A stretch of DNA of 37,030 bases from Sandaracinaceae bacterium (lineage in GTDB: Bacteria; Myxococcota_A; Polyangia; Polyangiales; Sandaracinaceae). The notes beneath the pieces were generated by a model. It saw only the letters and a program-made list of their open reading frames with translations. It did no database searches and was not told the origin of the DNA. Both the position numbers and the translations under genes were made by a program. The stretch covers positions 1 to 37,030 of the forward strand of contig JBGAQA010000066.1 of assembly GCA_044220955.1 (NCBI GenBank), given 5' to 3'. The number at the start of each line of letters is the position of its first letter. The first letter of the stretch is position 1. Shown here one piece after another: positions 26,344 through 32,686 of this stretch.

Positions 26344-27129
26344 TCACGTGCCGACCGCCCGGAGGATCGGGGCCGCGCCGAGCGCCCCGCGCCGCGAGAG
26401 ATCGCCGGCGTCGCGCGCGACGTCCTCGAGCGCGCGCAGGACCTCGCTCGCGTCTCCGTGCTCGATCGCGACGTCGGCGCGGACCGTCCCCGGCCGACCG
26501 CCGAGCACGATCGCGCGGGTCGCGAGGGCGGCGGCGTCGGCGAGATCGTGGGTGACGAAGAGCAGCGTCGTCTCCGGCGCGCGCGCGCAGCCCCGCGCGA
26601 TGGCCTCGCGCGTCCGGAGCCGCGCGACGGGGTCGATCGCCGACAGAGGCTCGTCCAGCACGATCAGCCGTGGCGCTCCGACCCACGCGCGCATCAGCCC
26701 GACGAGCTGGCGCTCGCCGCCCGAGAGCGCGCGGGGCGCGCGGGTCGGGTCGATCCGAGCGCCTGGATCGAGCCAGGCCCGCACGTCGTCGAACGCGCGC
26801 GCGCGCGCCGCCGCCGGCACACCGCGCAGGCGCAGCGGGAGCTCGACGTTGTCGCGCACCGAGAGCCACGGCAGGAGGCTGGCGTCGGGGTCCTGGCCCA
26901 CGAAGCCGATCGAGCTCGCGGGAGGAGCGGCGCCGAGGACGCGGACCGACCCTTCCGCGGAGAGCAAGCCGAGCACGACGTCGAGGAGCGTGGACTTCCC
27001 GGCCCCGTTTCCGCCGAGCAGCGCGACGCGCTCTCCGGTCGCGATCCGCAGCGTGATCCCGTCGAGCACGAGGCGGCCGTCGCGCCACGCACGGACCGAC
27101 TCGAGCGCGATGGCAGGGACGGCGCTCAT
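26344..27129 (-). CDS. ABC transporter ATP-binding protein, NitT/TauT type
   Basis: GGNGAGKST, LLPWLSVRDNV, LSGGERQ, LIVLDEP, FVTHD; ATG 27129 overlaps the SBP stop (ATGA). Confidence 0.93.
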   Translation of the reverse strand: MSAVPAIALESVRAWRDGRLVLDGITLRIATGERVALLGGNGAGKSTLLDVVLGLLSAEGSVRVLGAAPPASSIGFVGQDPDASLLPWLSVRDNVELPLRLRGVPAAARARAFDDVRAWLDPGARIDPTRAPRALSGGERQLVGLMRAWVGAPRLIVLDEPLSAIDPVARLRTREAIARGCARAPETTLLFVTHDLADAAALATRAIVLGGRPGTVRADVAIEHGDASEVLRALEDVARDAGDLSRRGALGAAPILRAVGT

Positions 27130-28118
27130 GGCGTCGCGCCCGCGAGCGACCAGCCCGAGACGTCGGGGACGGAGGCCGCGAGGCCGAGCTCGCCGATGCG
27201 ACGCGTCTCGGCCGAGAGTCGCTCCGAGGTGAGCTCCGAGCTCGTCAGGTACGAGGCGGGTGGGTAGAGGCGCACCTGGGGACGCTCGGGCTCGCGCACG
27301 AACGGGAGCATCGCGTCCGCCGCCGTGGACGGGTCCCGGGCGATCTCGGCGATCGCCTCGTCGAGCGAAGCCAGGAGCGCCGCCACGTCCGCCGGACGCG
27401 CGCGCGCGACGTCCTCGGTCACCAGGAAGGTACCGAAGACCTGTGGGCCCCCGAGCGCGTCCGGGACCGGGGCGAGCGGACCGAGGCGCTCGCCGGCGCC
27501 GCTCGCGACGGCGGCCGTGGCCATGGGGTCGCCCGTGAAGAGCGCGTCGACGTTGCCCTCGGCGAGGCTCGACACCTGCTGCGGTGGCGCGATCGGCACC
27601 ACCGTGACCTCCCCGGGGTCCACGCCCGCGTGCCGGAGCACGAGGTCCAGCCAGGCGGTGTACGCGAGCGTCGGGAGCACGCCGACGCGATGGCCCCGGA
27701 GATCGGCGACGGACTCGATCGGCGGACCGCCCGCGCGGCGGAGCAGCGCGCTGACGGGGTGGGCCTGATCCTCGACCATGCCCGTCGCGATGCGCACGCC
27801 CTGGTGCGCCTGGCCCGCGACGGTCATCACGATGGGCAGCGCGGCGTAGCCGCCCGCGTCGATCCGGCCGTCGACCAGCTCCTCGACGAGGGGCTGTGCG
27901 GTGTCGTAGCGGCGCAGGTCCACCCGCAGGCCGTGGCGCGCGAAGATGCCGCGCTGGTCCGCGACGAAGATCGGCAGGCTGATGCGCAGCGCGCTGTACC
28001 CGACGACGAGCGTGGCGGGCGGGGCCGTGCTCGCGGGCGCCGGCGGCTCCTCGCACGCGGCCAGGGACCACGACGTGATGACGAGGGCGATCGGGAGCGC
28101 GAGCCGGGTGCGGTTCAT
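27126..28118 (-). CDS. ABC substrate-binding lipoprotein (SsuA/NMT1/THI5-like)
   Basis: WSLAA-C lipobox; LPIFVADQRGIFARHGL, LVDGRIDAG, IESVADLRGHRVGV, GNVDA; ATG 28118 overlaps the upstream stop (ATGA). Confidence 0.9.
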   Translation of the reverse strand: MNRTRLALPIALVITSWSLAACEEPPAPASTAPPATLVVGYSALRISLPIFVADQRGIFARHGLRVDLRRYDTAQPLVEELVDGRIDAGGYAALPIVMTVAGQAHQGVRIATGMVEDQAHPVSALLRRAGGPPIESVADLRGHRVGVLPTLAYTAWLDLVLRHAGVDPGEVTVVPIAPPQQVSSLAEGNVDALFTGDPMATAAVASGAGERLGPLAPVPDALGGPQVFGTFLVTEDVARARPADVAALLASLDEAIAEIARDPSTAADAMLPFVREPERPQVRLYPPASYLTSSELTSERLSAETRRIGELGLAASVPDVSGWSLAGATP

Positions 28119-29473
28119 GAGTGACCTCGTCGTTCGAGCCGAGCGACCTCGCACGCGAGCGTGCAGGCGTAGGGGCGGGCGCCCGTCTCGTGGGTGCCCG
28201 CGAGCGGGTCGATCGGGGGCAGTGGCATGGGGCGCGACGCGCGCGCGGCCTCCAGCTCTCGGTGGGCCTCGCGCAGCGCACCCGCGACGCGCATCATCAG
28301 CCGGCTCTCTCTGGCCGCCGCGCCGTCGTGGCTGACCTCGAGGGCCAGGAAAGGCATCGCGTCGGCGCCCTGCGCGAGCGCCACGGGCACGATCGCGTCG
28401 GCGAGCCCGCTGGACGGGATGCAGCCGAACGACTTGACGGAGATCACCGCGTGCGCGCGGCGCTCGGCGCGCGCACGGAGCGCCAGCGCGACCTCGACGT
28501 GACCGTAGCCGCCGCGCACGTCGCTGGGTAGCCACGGGCGCGCGAGCGCCGCGAGCGCGTCGAGGTCGGGGAGCTCGAGGCCCCCGAGCCCGGCGGCCGT
28601 GCAGGCCCGCGCGAGCGAATCGCGGATCTGCGCGTCGAGGGCGACCCACGCGTGGAGATCCGAGGTCGGCGCCCCTCCGCCCCACGTGGGCTGGCGCGCC
28701 TCCCAGGCGCGCAGCGCGACCCAGAGCGAGAGCGGCGGTACCTCGATCTCGACGCCGGCGCGCGCGAGCACCCGCGGCAGGTGAAGCTGGGGCGCGCCGT
28801 CGACGTGGAGCGACCACGGCTCGCCGATCAGCACGACGCGCCCGAGCGGGGAGGGCGTCTGGCGCGGGAGCGCGGCGTGGAACGCGCGCACGGAGGCGAG
28901 CGCCTCGATCGGGGCCTCGCCCGTCTCGATGCGCCGGAGCATCGAGTCGAGCGCCTGCGCGGCCGCGCTCTCGAGGGCGTCCACGTCCTCGACGTGGGGT
29001 GCCAGCCGGCGCACGACCTCCGCGAGCGCGTCACCGGCGGCGATCGCGTCGAGCAGCGCGCGCGTACCCTCGGCGCCGACGAGGCCGTGGAGCGCGGTCG
29101 GGTCCTGGCCGACGACGAGCGTCCGGACGCGCGAGCAGCCCTCGGCGTCGAGCGCGCGACGCCAGGCGGGGGCGAAGAGCGCGAAGCGACAGGGTCCGCA
29201 GGTCGTCACGCCCAGCGCGGTCGCCGCCGTCCGAGGCTCGAGGGCGCTGGCGGTCCGCAGGAGCGCGCCCGTGGTGTAGAGCAGCGGCGCGCAGGGGTTG
29301 CGCGCGAGACGCGCGCGGCCTCGCTCGTACGCGTCCCGGTCCATCGGCCCCAGCGTGCGGGCGTCGAGCCCGCGCGCGCGCAGGGTCGCTGCGAGCAGCG
29401 CGTCGTAGGGCGCGCCGAGGCCGCCGACGAGGAAGAGGCCGCGGCCCGACGCCGCTCCGAGCAGCGCGCTCAC
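28115..29473 (-). CDS. PlsR-like 2-hydroxyacyl-CoA dehydratase-type partner subunit
   Basis: NPCAPLLYTTG, CGPCRF, VVLIGE, VKSFGCIPS, FLALEV; GTG 29473 overlaps the upstream stop (GTGA). Confidence 0.75.
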   Translation of the reverse strand: MSALLGAASGRGLFLVGGLGAPYDALLAATLRARGLDARTLGPMDRDAYERGRARLARNPCAPLLYTTGALLRTASALEPRTAATALGVTTCGPCRFALFAPAWRRALDAEGCSRVRTLVVGQDPTALHGLVGAEGTRALLDAIAAGDALAEVVRRLAPHVEDVDALESAAAQALDSMLRRIETGEAPIEALASVRAFHAALPRQTPSPLGRVVLIGEPWSLHVDGAPQLHLPRVLARAGVEIEVPPLSLWVALRAWEARQPTWGGGAPTSDLHAWVALDAQIRDSLARACTAAGLGGLELPDLDALAALARPWLPSDVRGGYGHVEVALALRARAERRAHAVISVKSFGCIPSSGLADAIVPVALAQGADAMPFLALEVSHDGAAARESRLMMRVAGALREAHRELEAARASRPMPLPPIDPLAGTHETGARPYACTLACEVARLERRGHS

Positions 29474-32400
29474 GCGTGCACCTCGAGCCCACGCGCCGGC
29501 CGCGCGAGCGTGCCCTCGTGCCGTCTGACGGCGTCGGCGAACGTCGCGATCCGCAGCCCGAGCGTGATGCCGGGGCTGTGCTCGTCCACGTCGTGCAAGC
29601 GCAGGACGGGCTTGTCGTCGCCGAGCACGTCGTCGACGATCCCCTGCACCGACGCGTCCTGGCCGCAGCGGAAGCTCGAGAGGTCGACGGCGACGAGGTG
29701 CGGGTCGCGCGCGATGCGGCGAGCCGCCCACACGCGCTCGGCGCAGCCCGAGTTGGTGGCGCCGGGCATCGTCGCCGACAGATCGAGGAGCGCGGGCTCG
29801 CCGAGGGGGAGCGAGGCGATGCCGAGCACCGGGATACCGCGCGCCGCGAGCTCGGTGGAGACGCCGTGCTGCACGCCCGGGTCGGCGTGATAGGGCCGGG
29901 CGAGGATCACCGCGACGGCGCGCCCGGCGGCGCGGGCGCGCGCGAGCACCCACTCGCCACGCGCGCGCAGGCGCGCCGCGTGCGTCGCCTGCGCGCGGAG
30001 CCCGTGCTCCACGGCCACACGGTTCGCGGCGGCGTCGAGCTCCAGCAGCTCGCCGAGCCCCGCGAGCAGCTGCGCTTCGAGCGTGGCGCGGTCGGTCATG
30101 CAGAGCGACGGCGTCAGGGCGCGGACGCCGCGCGCGGCGAGCTCGTCCCCGTCGCGTCGCAGCGAGGCGAGCGCCGCGTGCCCGCAGCCGGCCACGATGG
30201 GGCACGAGGCGGTGTCGGTGACGCCCCGCACGGGGATCGCCGCGTGCGTGAAGGCCGGCAGGAGCAACACCTCGATCGGCCTCGGGCTCAGCCGGAGCAG
30301 CCAGTCGACGTGGGCCGGGACGAGCTTGGCCGGGAAGCAGGGATCGTTGGCCGCGCGCGCGCCCTGCTGGAACAGCCGCGGCGAGGTCGTGGGCGAGAGC
30401 ACCAGGTGGGACTCGGGCACCCCCGCGGCGCGCAGGTAGTGCAGCAGGAACGGCGCGCATCGATAGAGCGCCATGACGCGCGGGATGCCGATGACCCTCG
30501 GGCGCGCGAGGCGGCGGGCGGGCGAAGGGAGCATCGGGACGAAGAGGCGCCGGGCCTCCTCGGCGAGCAGGTCGACTGCATGCGAGCGCGAGCGCGCGCC
30601 CGTGTGCCCCACGTCGGCGCCGCGCTCGCATGCGTTGCCCGCGACGAGCGTGCGTCTCGTCCCGCGCTCGGACTCGATGTGCACCAGCGCCCGCGCGCAG
30701 CCCACCTCGCACCGATCGCAGCGGGTCCCGTCACCGCTCTCGACGCGCACCCTCTGCGCGCGCATCGCCACGAGATCGCGCGAGCTCGCCGCCCGGCGGC
30801 CCGGTCGATCACGCGCCTCGAGCGCCGCACCGATCGCGCCGCAGAGCTCGGGGCGCGGGTGCACGGCCACCCGGGCGCCGGGCACGTGGTCCTCGAGGTA
30901 GCGGAGGTGGGCGAGCGCCGCCGCCGCGTTGCGATGGACCCCTCCGGTGAGCAGGAACGAGCGACCGAGCCGGGCAGGCGCCTCGCCCACGACCATCTCC
31001 CACACGTTGCGCGGGAGCGCGCGCGCGAGCCCTGCGAGGATCTCGGCGGCGTCGAACCCGTCGCGCTGGAACGTGATGCGGTCGGTGTCGAGGAAGATGG
31101 CGCAGCCGACCGAGAACTCGGGGGAGCGGCTCGCCGAGAGCGCGCGCTCGGCGTAGTCGGCCATCGGCACGCCGAGCTCGGCCGCCGCCGTCGCGAGGAA
31201 CGCCCCATGCCCCGCCGAGCACTGCGAGGAGAGGTGGAAGCCGATCGTCCGCCCGTGGCGCAGACGCAGCACCTTCACGTCGGTGCCTCCCACGTCGACG
31301 ACGACCTCGACCCCCGGGAAGGCCTCCGCGGCGCCCCGCGCGTGAGCGAGCGTCTCGAGCACCTTCACGTCGGCCGAGAGCACCTCCGCGACGATCTCGG
31401 CGCCGTACCCCGTCACGCCCAGGCCGGCGATCGGCCTCTCGCTGTCGCCCAGGACCTCGGCGAGGCGCGCGCGCGCATCCGCGATCGGGTCGCCGCTCGA
31501 GATCCCGTACGACGCGGCGAGGGGCTCGCTGCCCCCGCTCCCCAAGAGGACCGCCTTGGTGCTCGTCGAGCCGGTGTCGAGGCCGACCCAGAGCCCATCG
31601 GCCATCCCGCGGATGCCGGGGGTCCACGGCGCCGTGAGCCGTGGACGCTCGTCGTCACGCGGCACGAGCCCCGGACCGACCCGTGTCGGGCCGAGCACGC
31701 CGTGCACCCTCGGCTGCGCGCGCCGCCCGGCGGCCGCGTGCATCGCCGCGCCGAGCGCCGCGAGCGTGTCGGCATGATCGGGCCGCACGACCTCGCCCGG
31801 AGCGATCCCGTGCTGCGCCCAGTGCCGCTCGAGCGCCTCCCGCCATGCCTGGACGAGGACGGGCAGGTGCTCGTGCGGCCCGCCGAGCAGCACGACCGGT
31901 GCGCGCAGCGCTCGCCCACGCGCGAGCACCGCGAGGTTCTGCACCACGATCGCGCGTGCGAGCGCCGCGATCGCGAGTCCCGGCGCGACCCCGCGCTGCA
32001 CGAGGTTCACCACGTCGGTCTCGGCGAAGACCCCGCACTTGGCCGCCACGCGCGCGTCGCCCTCGAGCCGGAGCCCACGGAGCGCCTCGGGCGTCATCCC
32101 GAGCCGCCGCGCGATGCGATCGATGGTGGCGCCGGTGCCCGCCGCGCAGCGATCGTTCATCTCCGCGTCGCCGCCCGTCGCGTCGAGCCAGACGATCTTG
32201 GCGTCCTGCCCGCCGAGCTCGACGACGGTCCGCGCACCCGGGACGAGCGCGCGCACCGCGTCCGTGAACGCGCCGATCTCGTGGACGGGGATGGCGCCGA
32301 GCGCGCTCGCGAGCGCGACACCAGCCGAGCCGGTGATGGCGACCGGTGCTCCCGGCAGGAGCTCGCGCGCGTGCTCGAGCAGCCCGCGCGCAGCGGCGGC

Positions 32401-32511
32401 CGGAGCGCCCCGATGCCGCTCGCAGAGCCGGAGCACCACGCTCGCGTCCGGGCCGAGCGCGACCACCTTGGCGGTCGTCGAGCCGAGGTCCAGACCGATG
32501 CCCGGCGACAC
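29470..32511 (-). CDS. PlsA-like fused double BadF/BadG/BcrA/BcrD activase + DUF2229-like domain protein
   Basis: GLDLGSTT/ELGGQDAK/MNDRCAAGTG/KCGVFAETD and GLDTGSTS/DVGGTDVK/SQCSAGHG/GCAIFLDTD; CDRCEVGC, GNACERG, IGIPR, CFPAKL, CPIV, RPYHADP, SFRCGQDA; GAGG before GTG 32511. Confidence 0.88.
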   Translation of the reverse strand: MSPGIGLDLGSTTAKVVALGPDASVVLRLCERHRGAPAAAARGLLEHARELLPGAPVAITGSAGVALASALGAIPVHEIGAFTDAVRALVPGARTVVELGGQDAKIVWLDATGGDAEMNDRCAAGTGATIDRIARRLGMTPEALRGLRLEGDARVAAKCGVFAETDVVNLVQRGVAPGLAIAALARAIVVQNLAVLARGRALRAPVVLLGGPHEHLPVLVQAWREALERHWAQHGIAPGEVVRPDHADTLAALGAAMHAAAGRRAQPRVHGVLGPTRVGPGLVPRDDERPRLTAPWTPGIRGMADGLWVGLDTGSTSTKAVLLGSGGSEPLAASYGISSGDPIADARARLAEVLGDSERPIAGLGVTGYGAEIVAEVLSADVKVLETLAHARGAAEAFPGVEVVVDVGGTDVKVLRLRHGRTIGFHLSSQCSAGHGAFLATAAAELGVPMADYAERALSASRSPEFSVGCAIFLDTDRITFQRDGFDAAEILAGLARALPRNVWEMVVGEAPARLGRSFLLTGGVHRNAAAALAHLRYLEDHVPGARVAVHPRPELCGAIGAALEARDRPGRRAASSRDLVAMRAQRVRVESGDGTRCDRCEVGCARALVHIESERGTRRTLVAGNACERGADVGHTGARSRSHAVDLLAEEARRLFVPMLPSPARRLARPRVIGIPRVMALYRCAPFLLHYLRAAGVPESHLVLSPTTSPRLFQQGARAANDPCFPAKLVPAHVDWLLRLSPRPIEVLLLPAFTHAAIPVRGVTDTASCPIVAGCGHAALASLRRDGDELAARGVRALTPSLCMTDRATLEAQLLAGLGELLELDAAANRVAVEHGLRAQATHAARLRARGEWVLARARAAGRAVAVILARPYHADPGVQHGVSTELAARGIPVLGIASLPLGEPALLDLSATMPGATNSGCAERVWAARRIARDPHLVAVDLSSFRCGQDASVQGIVDDVLGDDKPVLRLHDVDEHSPGITLGLRIATFADAVRRHEGTLARPARGLEVHA

Positions 32512-32590
32512 GGCCGCCTCAATCCTCACGACGGGATGAGAGCGGGCGCACGCGCATGCATGGGCTTGGGCGCGCCGCGGCCGGATCGGG

Positions 32591-32604
32591 TTGATCGCGC
32601 GCAA
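32591..32604. promoter_or_regulatory. FNR/CRP-family-like box (proximal, imperfect)
   Basis: TTGAT-CGCG-CGCAA versus the FNR consensus TTGAT-N4-ATCAA. Confidence 0.5.
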
Positions 32605-32635
32605 CTGCGGCCAGGGCCGAGCGGCCGCCGGCGCC

Positions 32636-32649
32636 TTGACGCGGGTCAA
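32636..32649. promoter_or_regulatory. FNR/CRP-family-like box (distal, symmetric half-sites)
   Basis: TTGAC-GCGG-GTCAA. Confidence 0.6.
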
Positions 32650-32686
32650 CGGGTCCCGGGGATGACGGGCGAAGCTGTGGACGCGT

